From: an uncultured Chloroflexia bacterium
GTDB taxonomy: Bacteria; Chloroflexota; Limnocylindria; Limnocylindrales; CSP1-4
Assembly: GCA_963713975.1 (NCBI GenBank)
Contig: OY970218.1
Span: forward strand, 1,568,001-1,632,000
Direction of reading: 5' to 3'
DNA length: 64,000 bases
The notes beneath the pieces were generated by a model. That model saw only the letters and a list, made by a program, of their open reading frames with translations. It was not told the DNA's origin and did not search any database. Made by a program: the position numbers and the translations under genes. This document shows positions 35,101 to 43,709 of the stretch, piece after piece (positions within the stretch are counted from its first letter, which is position 1; each line of letters begins with the position of its first letter).

Positions 35101-37687
35101 GGAGCACAAACACGATCAGGGGCAGGTAGGGGCTCACGCCCTGTTGCCCCAGGACCTCCTGGAACAGGAAGCCGGACACGCCCAGCGTGGACCCGTACGA
35201 GACGAGGACGGTGGCCACCAGGTAGAGCGGCGCGACGACCGCTCGCAGCAGGAGCATCAGCACGATCAGGATGCCCAGGACCGTGATCGCACCGACCTTG
35301 AGGAAGTCGCTCGCCAGGGTCTCCTGGACGTCGGCGAACTGCGCCGTCGGTCCGCCGATGTACCCGGCCGCGGCCGGGCCGAAGGTGGCCGCACCGTCCG
35401 TTATCGTCGTGCGGGCGTCCCTCAGGCTCTGGAATGCCCCACCGGTGTACGCCGCGTTGGACGACGTGAGGTAGAACCGGGTCGCCGTGTGGTCCGTGGA
35501 GACGAACGCGTCGATCGCGTCCTGGAGCTTCGCGGCGTCGTCGCCGGTCAGGCTCGTGGGCAGGTAGAAGTCGTCCGGGCGGGTCGCGTAGACAGCCGCC
35601 AGCGCCGCGAACCGGTCCGGCAGCGCGTTGAAGGTGTCCTCGGCCTCCCGCTTGAACTCCTTCGCGCTCGCCGTGCCGGCGAGGCTCTCCGGCGACAGGG
35701 TGGCGTCCGGCGTGGCGTCGAAGTGGTCGGCCAGCGCGTCGAACGCCGTGGACAGGTTGAGCGCGTCGGTGATGGTGGCCTTGTTCTCGAGCGCCGCCGC
35801 GGCCCTGACCGCGTCCTTGTAGGGATCGAGCGTCTTCACCTCCGGGAATGCCGCCGCAAGCTCCACGAGGTAGTCGCTCATGAGCGTGGACTGCGGTTCG
35901 TCCCCGGAACCCGAGCCCGCGGTGGCAGCGTTGCCCGGGTCGGTGATCGACGCCGACAGCGTGCGCAGCTGGGTGGAGACCACGCTCTGCTTCGCGACGC
36001 GGTCCACGATGTCGATCGCGTGCTCGAGGCCGTCGCGAGCGTCCCGCCATTCGACGCCCGCCGCCACGTCCGGGAACGCCACGGCGAGGCCGTTCACGTA
36101 GTCGAGCGCCTGGTTGAGCCCGTCCCTGACCTCGGGGTCGAGGAGGCTGGAGTTGTCGGTCTTCGCTGATGCGCCGCTGTCGCCCTCGAAGCCGTCGCCG
36201 ATCTCCCCGAGGGTCTTCGACGGCCTGAAGCCGTCGGGCACGACCGTGTCGCCCTCGGGGGTGACGAGGCTGGTGGTGGTGGCGACGCCGCCGCCCGCCT
36301 GCAGGGTCTCCATCAACGCGTGCAGCTTGGCGAGCTGGGCCGGAGCCAGGATGTCGCCGCCACCGAGGTCGATGAGCGCGGTGGACTGGACGAGCTTGTC
36401 TTCGCCCAGGTGGTCGCCGATCTGCTGGTAGCCGATGGAGGAGTCGGCATCCTTGGGCAGGTCCGCCAGGACATCGAAGTTGGAGTCGACCTGCGGCAGG
36501 TAGAGAATCGGGACCAGCAGCAGGGCGGTGAGGCCGACGGTGGTGACGACCGGGCGTCGCGACACGATGTTGGCGAGGCTGGCGAAGAAGCCGCGCGGCT
36601 CGCCCTCGTGCTTCTGCCTGGTGTGGAGCGGCCAGAACAGGTAGTGGCCGAAGATCGACAGCAGGGCCGGCGACAGCGTGAGGGCGGCGAACAGGGTCAC
36701 GGCGACCGCGATCGCGATCCCCGGCCCCATCGACGTGATCATCTTGAAGTCGCCGACGCCCATCGCCATCATGCCCACGATCACCGTGCCCGCGGACGCG
36801 GTGATGACCGCGCCGATGCGCCGGACCGTGACCTTGGCCGCGTCGTGCCAGTCGCCGTCGTGCGAGACCTCCTCGCGGTAGCGGCTGATCAGGAAGATGG
36901 CGTAGTCGGTCCCGACACCGAACACCATGACCACGAGGAACGTCTCCAGGGTGGAGGAGACCTGCCAGCCGGCGGCGGCCAGGAACCCCAGCACGCCCTT
37001 CGACACGACGAACGCGGCACCGATGGTCGCCAGCGGGATCAGCGCGGCGAGCGGTGCCCGGTAGATGGCTAGGAGGACGAGGATGACGAGGATGATCGTC
37101 ACCGTGGTCGTGCTGTCGGTGCCGACCTGGACGGCCTCGAGGTAGTCGGAGCTGATCGCGGCGGCCCCGGTGACATGCACCTCCAGGCCGGCCGGTGCCG
37201 ACTCCTGGACGTGCGTGCGCAGGTCCTCTACGACGACCTTGGCGTCGTCGCCGGCGTCGGCCACGTTGAGGTTCACGACGAACAGCTCGAAGGTGCCGTC
37301 GTCCGCCCGGAACAGGTCCGCCAGCTCGGGGCGGGAGTCCGCCGTCTCCGTGTCCGTCACGGCGACACGGAGCTCCTCCGGCGCCTGCTCGCTCCCCGCC
37401 CACGCCGCAAAGGCATCCCGCCACTCGCGATCCGCGTCGGTCAGGCCCCCGGGGCGGTCCATCGTGATCGTCGCGGACGAAGCCGACGTGCTGCCGGGAA
37501 AGGCCCGTTCGATGGCGTCCTTGGCAAGGCGCGACGGCGAGTTCGCGGGCAGGAACGTGGTCTGGTCCGTGGAGCCCTGGCCGGAGAGGCTGGGGGCGGC
37601 GAGGGCGAAGAAGGCCGCGCCGGCGATCCACGCGAACAGGATCAGGAAGCGGAACCGGTAGGTCCAGGAGCCCAGGCGCTCGAACAT
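32114..37687 (-). CDS. MmpL (RND) transporter fused to a YhgE/Pip domain, ~1857 aa
   Basis: Two MMPL repeats (GVGTDYAIFL, ALGSDYNIFL); YhgE-N (AAVVNLDDG, YAAVLRIPNGFS); LxxG heptad repeats; YhgE-C (GLAPFLMALAAW, LPMTYAVDAL). No internal stop. Confidence 0.88.
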   Translation of the reverse strand: MFERLGSWTYRFRFLILFAWIAGAAFFALAAPSLSGQGSTDQTTFLPANSPSRLAKDAIERAFPGSTSASSATITMDRPGGLTDADREWRDAFAAWAGSEQAPEELRVAVTDTETADSRPELADLFRADDGTFELFVVNLNVADAGDDAKVVVEDLRTHVQESAPAGLEVHVTGAAAISSDYLEAVQVGTDSTTTVTIILVILVLLAIYRAPLAALIPLATIGAAFVVSKGVLGFLAAAGWQVSSTLETFLVVMVFGVGTDYAIFLISRYREEVSHDGDWHDAAKVTVRRIGAVITASAGTVIVGMMAMGVGDFKMITSMGPGIAIAVAVTLFAALTLSPALLSIFGHYLFWPLHTRQKHEGEPRGFFASLANIVSRRPVVTTVGLTALLLVPILYLPQVDSNFDVLADLPKDADSSIGYQQIGDHLGEDKLVQSTALIDLGGGDILAPAQLAKLHALMETLQAGGGVATTTSLVTPEGDTVVPDGFRPSKTLGEIGDGFEGDSGASAKTDNSSLLDPEVRDGLNQALDYVNGLAVAFPDVAAGVEWRDARDGLEHAIDIVDRVAKQSVVSTQLRTLSASITDPGNAATAGSGSGDEPQSTLMSDYLVELAAAFPEVKTLDPYKDAVRAAAALENKATITDALNLSTAFDALADHFDATPDATLSPESLAGTASAKEFKREAEDTFNALPDRFAALAAVYATRPDDFYLPTSLTGDDAAKLQDAIDAFVSTDHTATRFYLTSSNAAYTGGAFQSLRDARTTITDGAATFGPAAAGYIGGPTAQFADVQETLASDFLKVGAITVLGILIVLMLLLRAVVAPLYLVATVLVSYGSTLGVSGFLFQEVLGQQGVSPYLPLIVFVLLVALGSDYNIFLMHRIREEAESAGMKDAVRKASGHTGAVITSAGLILAGTFGSMATAPLTILFQVGVAVAIGVLIDTFLVRSILVPAITTIAGDWAWWPSRFRFGGGAAPVPVPVPVGAAAGAAAGVSMAAGVDDGLVPTGPPRGANRRRLAVGLAIVVMVPLVIASILTWSFGGAMDNVGSLRAAVVNLDDGGTMTGPDGMVRDLVLGDDLAATLVRPGTGEGFEWVEASEADADTGLADGTYAAVLRIPNGFSRTVAAIRSDTIGTVPQATLELVTDDGSGYALGTVARSVAAAIATSTAQGVTASYVDDVLLAVTDARAIVDRAAGTASDLAGSSSDLADNASGVSVVAGQLVSGLQQLVDGTSDTSQITQLVDGTQAVADGMAKVARGQRDLAKGTGAAASGAGELAGGASQVSDGAAALATSTDALPAQVDQLADGASDLATGAAQVAGGWNLFTNGNPSTNPPTPGLKDLASSTNGMGVGAQQLNDAAGQLVTSATKANNNALEAANKAGVAAQATGSVATDAGALAAAVAALSSQCDGLHTDADPVCQALAGLQADAGALANEAAGAAQDAGAAAQAAGDVVVDTATVEAYAKGVMQGTAALATQLPALEQGIDDLYAGAQQLLAGTQDLSSGMDAYAQGMQQFAAGVPRLADGVAQLATGAAGVASGASDLSDGLDELAKGSTALAAGATAAARGSQALADGTASATGGMDQLTEAATLALEAGALVEAQSDDLAGSGTAISDDAQALSNDLESSAAGIGSYGSDTRTRLSTLAANPVAVAATRVNAVGGSQDGLAPFLMALAAWLGVMGAFLILPAIWATGRRRWVRGVLVAFGLAALVGVAGSLLMVGGMWILLGLQVADMLQLVGFAVLATLAFTAIVQALVAMFGSRGWLLALLLLVVQVAAVGIPYAASVAPGPIAAINPFLPMTYAVDALLGAMTGGGSLPAIDALVLSAFLVVALTITLAAAAGPALRRERTSADARVVA

Positions 37688-37752
37688 GTGGTGGGGTGCC
37701 TCCCCGGGACGAGCGCGACGCGCGAACCCGGTCATGACGTTGCGGATGTGGG

Positions 37753-37828
37753 TTGCGGCACTTGACCGCGCCCGTTAGGATACGAGGACGTATTGGATAC
37801 GTCAACGTATCGGATACAAATATGTATC
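37753..37828. promoter_or_regulatory. Overlapping divergent promoters with three tandem TetR-type operators
   Basis: GATAC-N6-GTAT(T/C) at 37779-37794, 37796-37811 and 37813-37828; minus TTGACG-17-TATCCT; plus TTGCGG-17-TAGGAT. Confidence 0.8.
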
Positions 37829-37851
37829 GAACAACACAGGGGTTCGGCACG

Positions 37852-38661
37852 ATGGACCGTGAGCGAGAGCCGGGGGACTGGGCGGCCTGGATGCAGCCGC
37901 AGCCGGGTACCCACGCGCCGCACGCCGGGCGCCCCCCGGTGACCGGGGAGGCTCAGCTGGCGACGGGCACCCTCGCTCCAGGCCGGGACCCGGTCAATGG
38001 TCCCGAGATCGAGCACGAGCGCGATCCCGTGGATACCCCCCGCACCGCGCGACGGGAGGCCACCCGGCAGCGCATCCTCGACGCGGCCCGGGAGGTGTTC
38101 GCGGAGCGCGGCGTGTTCGGCGGATCCGTGGAGGACATCTGTGAGCGAGCGGGCTTCACTCGCGGAGCGTTCTACTCCAACTTCGCCGACAAGGACGACG
38201 TGGTGGGCGCCGTCATCGAGCGCGAGCACGACCGCCTGCTGGACCACCTCGATGTCAGCGTCGCGGAGCTGAGCCCGCAGGTCGCGGCGTCGTTCGACCT
38301 GCCGGAGCTGCTCGGCGGCCTGATAGGCGGGGTGCTGGCGTCGATCCCGATGGGTCGCGAGGTGACCCTCATCCAGACCGAGCTCGAGATCTTCGCGATC
38401 CGCCGTCCGGACCAGGCCGCCCGCTTCCTGGAGGTCAACACCCGGTTCCGCGAGCGCGTGGGCGCATTTCTGGACGATGCCCTGCGGCAACACGGGCGCG
38501 AGCTTGTGGTGGATCCCGTCGTGATCACCGACGCCATCGTCGCGATTGCCGAGCGCAGCGTCCGGCGGGCCCTGCTGGCAGGCGACGACGACCCGGACGC
38601 GCTGTCCCGCGCGGTGCTTCCGGGGCTCCTCCTCGCGTTCTCGAGGCCCGTCGAGGCCTGA
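37852..38661 (+). CDS. TetR/AcrR-family regulator, divergent from mmpL-yhgE
   Basis: TRQRILDAAREVFAERG, SVEDICERAGFTRGAFYSNFADK; start uncertain. Confidence 0.92.
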   Translation: MDREREPGDWAAWMQPQPGTHAPHAGRPPVTGEAQLATGTLAPGRDPVNGPEIEHERDPVDTPRTARREATRQRILDAAREVFAERGVFGGSVEDICERAGFTRGAFYSNFADKDDVVGAVIEREHDRLLDHLDVSVAELSPQVAASFDLPELLGGLIGGVLASIPMGREVTLIQTELEIFAIRRPDQAARFLEVNTRFRERVGAFLDDALRQHGRELVVDPVVITDAIVAIAERSVRRALLAGDDDPDALSRAVLPGLLLAFSRPVEA

Positions 38662-38674
38662 CCCGCCGGCGGCG

Positions 38675-39379
38675 CTACGCCATCACGAGTCGGCCGATGA
38701 TCACGCCGGCCAGGGCGGCTGCCCCGGCGATTCCCATCGTCTGCAGCGCGGTCCGGTACACGCTCTCCTTGCCGATGAGCGCGCGTGCCACGCCCAGCGC
38801 GGCCATCAGCGCGCCCGTGACCACCAGCGAGACGATCCGCGCGGTGTCGATCGGAAACAGCAGGAACGGCACCACCGGGACACCGGCGGCGAAGAGGTCG
38901 GCCACGAACATCCACAACGCGTGCGCGCGCGGCGAGGAGGACTCGGTCCGCATCGGCACGCCCAGCTCGAACGCCGCGACGTAGCGCAGGAGGGCCTCGG
39001 GGTTGCGGCGCAGCCCTGCCACCACCGCCTCCGTCTCGTCCTGCGTGAACCCGGCCGTGTGCACCTGCCCGGCGACGCGCGCGAGCGCCGCCTCCGGGTC
39101 GGCCGCGAGCGCCACGCGGGCGTCGGCAACCTGGGCCGTGGCCAGGCTCCGTTCGGAGTGCACGTCCAGGTAGGTGCCGGCCATCATCGACACGGCGCCT
39201 GCGACGGCGCCCGTGGCCCCGGCGAGCACGACGATCTGCGCGTCGTTGGTGCTGGCCGCCACGCCGAAGACCAGACCGGCGATCGAGACCGCCCCGTCCT
39301 CCATCCCGAAGGTGACGTCGCCGATGGAGTTGAGCAGCGACGCACGCAGGCGCGCGAGGACGTCGCTCGGAGATCGCAT
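38675..39379 (-). CDS. VIT1/CCC1-family Fe/Mn transporter
   Basis: DVTFGMEDG, GAVSMMAGTYL, ELG motif, 5 TM. Confidence 0.88.
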   Translation of the reverse strand: MRSPSDVLARLRASLLNSIGDVTFGMEDGAVSIAGLVFGVAASTNDAQIVVLAGATGAVAGAVSMMAGTYLDVHSERSLATAQVADARVALAADPEAALARVAGQVHTAGFTQDETEAVVAGLRRNPEALLRYVAAFELGVPMRTESSSPRAHALWMFVADLFAAGVPVVPFLLFPIDTARIVSLVVTGALMAALGVARALIGKESVYRTALQTMGIAGAAALAGVIIGRLVMA

Positions 39380-39684
39380 GCGGCTGCTGGTTCCTCTGAC
39401 CCGGGGGTTGCCGCGCCAGTCTACCGAGGCGACGCGTGCCGGCAAGGTGAGGGCGACCGGACACGCGTACGGAGGCTGATCTCCACGGCGTGGACGGCGG
39501 ACCCAAGTCGATATCGACTCAGATCCGACCCGTTCACGCCGGACCGGTCGCCGAAACCCGGGTTTTGGCCCGCGACCCCTGAGTGATCGCCCCGGAACCC
39601 AACCGATAGCGGATCAGGGCTCCAGCGAAAGCCTCGGCGACATCGGCCCGCAACCGTGACGCAGGCGGTAGGGTTCCTCCCTGT

Positions 39685-40617
39685 ATGCAGGCCCTCCGCG
39701 CCCTCCCGTGGCAGCTCTGGTTCCTCGTCCTCGGGGCGATCTGGGGCTGCTCGTTCCTGTTCATCAAGCTTGGGCTCGAGTCGTTCACGCCCGTCCAGGT
39801 GGCGTTCGGGCGGGTCGCGATCGGGGCGCTCGTCCTGCTGGTGATCGCGCGCGCAACCGGGACGCGCCTCCCGCGCGGGCGCGCGACCTGGATGCACCTC
39901 TCGGTGGTGGGGCTGCTCTTCTGCAGCATCCCGTTCACGCTGTTCGCCTACGGCGAGACCCAGGTCTCCTCGATCCTCGCCGGGATCATCAACGCAGGCA
40001 CGCCGCTGATGGCGCTGCTCGTGATCCTGGTCGCGTTCTCCGAGGAGCGGCCGGGGCGCGACGGCATCGCGGGACTTGGCGTCGGCTTCGTCGGCGTCCT
40101 CGTGGTCGTGGGGGCGTGGAACGGCCTCGGCGGCGGCGAGCTCCTGGGCGTGCTCGCGTGCATCGGGGCCATCCTCTGCTATGGGATCGCGTATCCGTAC
40201 ATCCGGCGCCACCTGACCCACACGGGCGATGGGCCGATCGCGATCGCCACGGGCCAGGTCACCATGGGTGCGGTCTTCCTGCTGCCGGTCGTCGTCGGCA
40301 CCTCGCTCGCCGGCACCGGGCAGGTCACGACGCCCATCGCCGTGTCCACCGTGGTCGGCATGCTCGCGCTCGGTGCGCTTGGGTCCGGGATCGCATATGT
40401 GCTCAGCACGCACATCGTCATCGAGGCGGGACCCTCGGTGGCCAGCTCCGTGACCTACATCACGCCGTTGTTCGCCGTCGCCGTGGGCAGCGTGATCCTC
40501 TCCGAGCCGCTTGCCTGGTACCAGCCGGTGGGCGGGGCGATCGTGCTCGTCGGCGTCGCCATCTCGCAGGGACGTATCCGGATCCCGCACCGTGCACGGG
40601 TGGGCGCCGCAGGGTAG
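39685..40617 (+). CDS. DMT/EamA-family transporter
   Basis: IWGCSFLFIK, about 10 TM, VTYITPLFAV. Confidence 0.92.
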   Translation: MQALRALPWQLWFLVLGAIWGCSFLFIKLGLESFTPVQVAFGRVAIGALVLLVIARATGTRLPRGRATWMHLSVVGLLFCSIPFTLFAYGETQVSSILAGIINAGTPLMALLVILVAFSEERPGRDGIAGLGVGFVGVLVVVGAWNGLGGGELLGVLACIGAILCYGIAYPYIRRHLTHTGDGPIAIATGQVTMGAVFLLPVVVGTSLAGTGQVTTPIAVSTVVGMLALGALGSGIAYVLSTHIVIEAGPSVASSVTYITPLFAVAVGSVILSEPLAWYQPVGGAIVLVGVAISQGRIRIPHRARVGAAG

Positions 40618-41048
40618 TTTCGCGCTCAGCCGCTGGGCGCCGGCGTTCATTTGCGATCGTCCGCACGGGCCTCAAGCCCGCTGTTCCTCTCCGTCCGGGC
40701 ATGCGGGGCCTCCGAGGCCCGCTATCGACCCCGAACCGGGCCGCCGACGGCTCTCCGTATGGCCCTCGACCCGAAGTGTGGGCCTCAGGGGCCCGGCGAC
40801 GCAGCGAGTCGGCCTGGCGGGGGTAACGCACCCGCCCCCGGCTTCGCCCAGTGCCGGAAGTGGTCCGGCCAGGCCCGCCCAGACGTTGGGACGCCTACCC
40901 CCGAAGGTGGTCCCCAGTGAGAGGGTTGTGGGCCGGTGGTACGCTACTGTCCCGCCACGCCTCGTGGCGAAGCGCCGCGTGGTCACTCCCACTCTTCGAA
41001 CGGACCGTGCGATCTGCTAGCCCTCGTTCGGGGAGCAGGAGGTCCAAC

Positions 41049-41252
41049 GTGGCCACCGGGACAATCAAGCGAGTCGTGGCCGATCGCGGCTTCGGATTCA
41101 TCGCGGCCGAGGACGACAAGGAATACTTCTTCCACCGGTCCGCCCTCGACCCCTCCCTCGACTTCGACCGCCTCGCCGGCGGGGAGAAGGTCGAGTTCAC
41201 GATCGAGCAGAGCCCCAAGGGCCCGCGCGCCAACACGGTGCGGCCGGCCTGA
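41049..41252 (+). CDS. Cold-shock domain protein
   Basis: GTIK, RGFGFI, YFFHRS, KGPRA; SD aggagg upstream of the GTG. Confidence 0.92.
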   Translation: MATGTIKRVVADRGFGFIAAEDDKEYFFHRSALDPSLDFDRLAGGEKVEFTIEQSPKGPRANTVRPA

Positions 41253-41258
41253 CCGGCG

Positions 41259-41282
41259 GGGGCCGGCCATCAGGCCGGCCCC
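41259..41282 (+). terminator. Hairpin terminator after the cold-shock gene
   Basis: ggggccggcc-atca-ggccggcccc followed by pyrimidines. Confidence 0.55.
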
Positions 41283-41428
41283 GTCCTCTCGCAGGATTTG
41301 CGGGCGTCGGCCACGTAGCCGGCCCCATTCTTTCGCTCGGCTTGCGGGCGCCGCATGGCCCACGCCTTCCGATTCGAGCGAGCCTCCCAAGGGCGTCGTT
41401 GCGCCCTTCGCTCGATCGGAGCCCACAC

Positions 41429-42589
41429 ATCGCACGCATTGGATTCGTTTCCACCTACCCTCCCCGCCGCTGCGGCATCGCCGCGTTCACCGCGGATCTC
41501 CGTCGGGCGACGGGCGGCCACGAGGTGGTCGCGATCGACGCGGACGGCCCCGCGCTCCCGTACCCGATCGAGGTCCATCACCGGATCCGCCGCGATGTGC
41601 GAGCGGACTATCCCCGCGTCGCGCGCCAGCTCAGCGCGTCCGTGGACGTGGTGTCCGTGCAGCACGAGTACGGCATCTGGGGTGGAGATGATGGCGACAC
41701 CGTCCTGGACTTCGTCAGCAACCTGACGGTGCCCGCCGTGGCCACCCTGCACACCGTCCTCCGGAGGCCCTCGTTCCGGCAGCGCTCCATCCTCTCCGAG
41801 CTCGTGCGGTCGGCTGCGGCGACGGTCGTCATGTCCAAGGCGGCCGCGACCCTGCTGACCCGCCTGTACGGCGTCGATCCAACGCGGCTCGACGTCATCA
41901 GCCACGGGGTGCCGGATCTCCCACTCGTGGATGCCGACAGTGTCAAGCCGGCCCTTGGCCTGGCTGGGCGCGAGGTGATCCTGAGCTTCGGCCTGCTCGG
42001 ACCCGGGAAGGGCTACGAGCTCGCCCTCGAGGCCCTGCCGGAGGTCGTGGCGGCCCGTCCCGACGTCCTGTACGTGATCCTGGGCGCCACGCACCCGGAG
42101 CTCGTCCGGCGCGACGGGGAGCAGTACCGCGCCTCCCTAGTGCGCCGTGCCGAGGAGCTTGGCGTGTCCGGCCATGTCCGCTTCGTCGACCGCTTCGTCG
42201 GGATGGCCGAGCTGACCCGGTGGCTGGAGTCGGCCGACATCTTCGTGACGCCATACCCGAACCTCGACCAGATCGTCTCGGGCACGCTCTCGTACGCGAT
42301 GGGGGCAGGACGCGCGATCGTGTCGACGCCCTATGCCTACGCGGCCGAGCTGCTTGCCGACGGGCGCGGCGTGCTGGTACCCCTGGATTCACCGGACACG
42401 CTTGCGGCGGCCTTCCGCGGGCTCCTCGCCGACGGTGGAGCCCGGGCGGCCCTGGGCCGGCGTGCGTACGAGCACAGCCGGGGCATGATCTGGCCCGCCG
42501 TGGGAAGCGCGTACCGACGGGTGTTCGAGCGCGCGGTGATGGGCCACGTCAGCGCCGAGCCGCAGGATCTGCTGATGGCGAGTGTCTGA
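41429..42589 (+). CDS. GT4 glycosyltransferase (mannosyltransferase-like); start codon uncertain
   Basis: FVSTYPPRRCGIAAFT, QHEYGIWGG, FGLLGPGKG, SGTLSYA; frame open from TTG 41342. Confidence 0.88.
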   Translation: MARIGFVSTYPPRRCGIAAFTADLRRATGGHEVVAIDADGPALPYPIEVHHRIRRDVRADYPRVARQLSASVDVVSVQHEYGIWGGDDGDTVLDFVSNLTVPAVATLHTVLRRPSFRQRSILSELVRSAAATVVMSKAAATLLTRLYGVDPTRLDVISHGVPDLPLVDADSVKPALGLAGREVILSFGLLGPGKGYELALEALPEVVAARPDVLYVILGATHPELVRRDGEQYRASLVRRAEELGVSGHVRFVDRFVGMAELTRWLESADIFVTPYPNLDQIVSGTLSYAMGAGRAIVSTPYAYAAELLADGRGVLVPLDSPDTLAAAFRGLLADGGARAALGRRAYEHSRGMIWPAVGSAYRRVFERAVMGHVSAEPQDLLMASV

Positions 42590-43709
42590 CCGCCGGCCCA
42601 TCCACCCCCCGGTTCGAACGCACCTTGACGCCATCAGCGATGCGACCGGGATCTTCCAGCACGCCCTCGGAGCCTGGCCGGACCCAGCGCACGGGTATTG
42701 CACGGACGACGTGGCCCGTGCCCTGCAGGTCGACTTGCTGCAGGCCGGACGGCTCGGGTGGGCTGCGGTTGCCGCCAGCGCCCGGCGGAACCTGGAGTTC
42801 CTCGAGGCCGCGTTCGACGCGGACGCCGGTCGGTTCCGGAACTTCCGGGCCGCGGACGGGACCTGGCTCGATGCGCCGGGCTCCGACGACTGCCAGGGCC
42901 GCGCGATCCATGCCCTCGGCGACGCCACGGCGGCGCGCCATGACCGTGACCACGCCGCGCGCGCCAGGACCCTCTTTCGTGCCGCCGTCCCTGCTGCGCT
43001 CCGGATGACATCCCCGCGTGCCAGCGCGTCGGTGATCCTGGGCTGCTCGGCCGTGGTGGGCGCGGGCGGTGCCGCCTGGCTCGAAGCCCGGTATCGGAAG
43101 CTCGCGCTGTGTCTCGGGGAGATCTTGGAGCTGGGCGTCGTCGAGTACGGCTCGGCTGCCTGGCCGTGGCCGGAGCAGCGCCTCACGTACGAGAACGCAC
43201 TGCTCCCACGGGCGCTGATCGTTGCGGGCGCCGACCTTGGGGTCATTCGCCTGGAGCAGCAGGGGATCGCCATGCTTGACTGGCTGAGCGCGATCCAGGT
43301 GGCGCCAGCGGGCCACCTCGCGCCGGTCGGCAACTGCTGGTGGGCCGCGGATGGCCCGAGGGGCAGGTTCGACCAGCAGCCGATCGAGGCCGCATCGCTC
43401 CTCCTCGCCGCCGGGGCCGCGCTGCGCGTGACAGGCCGGCCTGCCTATCGGGAGACCATGGAGCGGGCCTACGCCTGGTTCCTGGGCACGAACGACCTCG
43501 GCGTCTCCGTTGCGGTCGCGGCACGGGGCGCCTGCCATGACGGCCTGACACCGACCGGAGTCAACGGCAACCAGGGCGCAGAGTCGACGCTGATGTGGCT
43601 GACCGCGGTCGAGCGGATCGCGGCCATCCGTGCGGCGGATCTGGCGACCGTCCCTGACCGAGATCGACTTGTGGTCCCGCTGCGGCTTCTCCCGGCCCCG
43701 CCGGCATGA
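42582..43709 (+). CDS. GT-associated protein, probable (alpha/alpha)-barrel glycosidase-like
   Basis: GIFQHA, GYCTDDVARAL, LTYENA, FDQQPIEA, NQGAESTL; overlaps both neighbours. Confidence 0.8.
   Translation: MSDRRPIHPPVRTHLDAISDATGIFQHALGAWPDPAHGYCTDDVARALQVDLLQAGRLGWAAVAASARRNLEFLEAAFDADAGRFRNFRAADGTWLDAPGSDDCQGRAIHALGDATAARHDRDHAARARTLFRAAVPAALRMTSPRASASVILGCSAVVGAGGAAWLEARYRKLALCLGEILELGVVEYGSAAWPWPEQRLTYENALLPRALIVAGADLGVIRLEQQGIAMLDWLSAIQVAPAGHLAPVGNCWWAADGPRGRFDQQPIEAASLLLAAGAALRVTGRPAYRETMERAYAWFLGTNDLGVSVAVAARGACHDGLTPTGVNGNQGAESTLMWLTAVERIAAIRAADLATVPDRDRLVVPLRLLPAPPA

Noticed and set aside
40620-40900. Imperfect hairpins upstream of the cold-shock gene as an ncRNA
   Set aside because: GC-rich pairing only; no recognisable family motif, and indistinguishable from background by eye.
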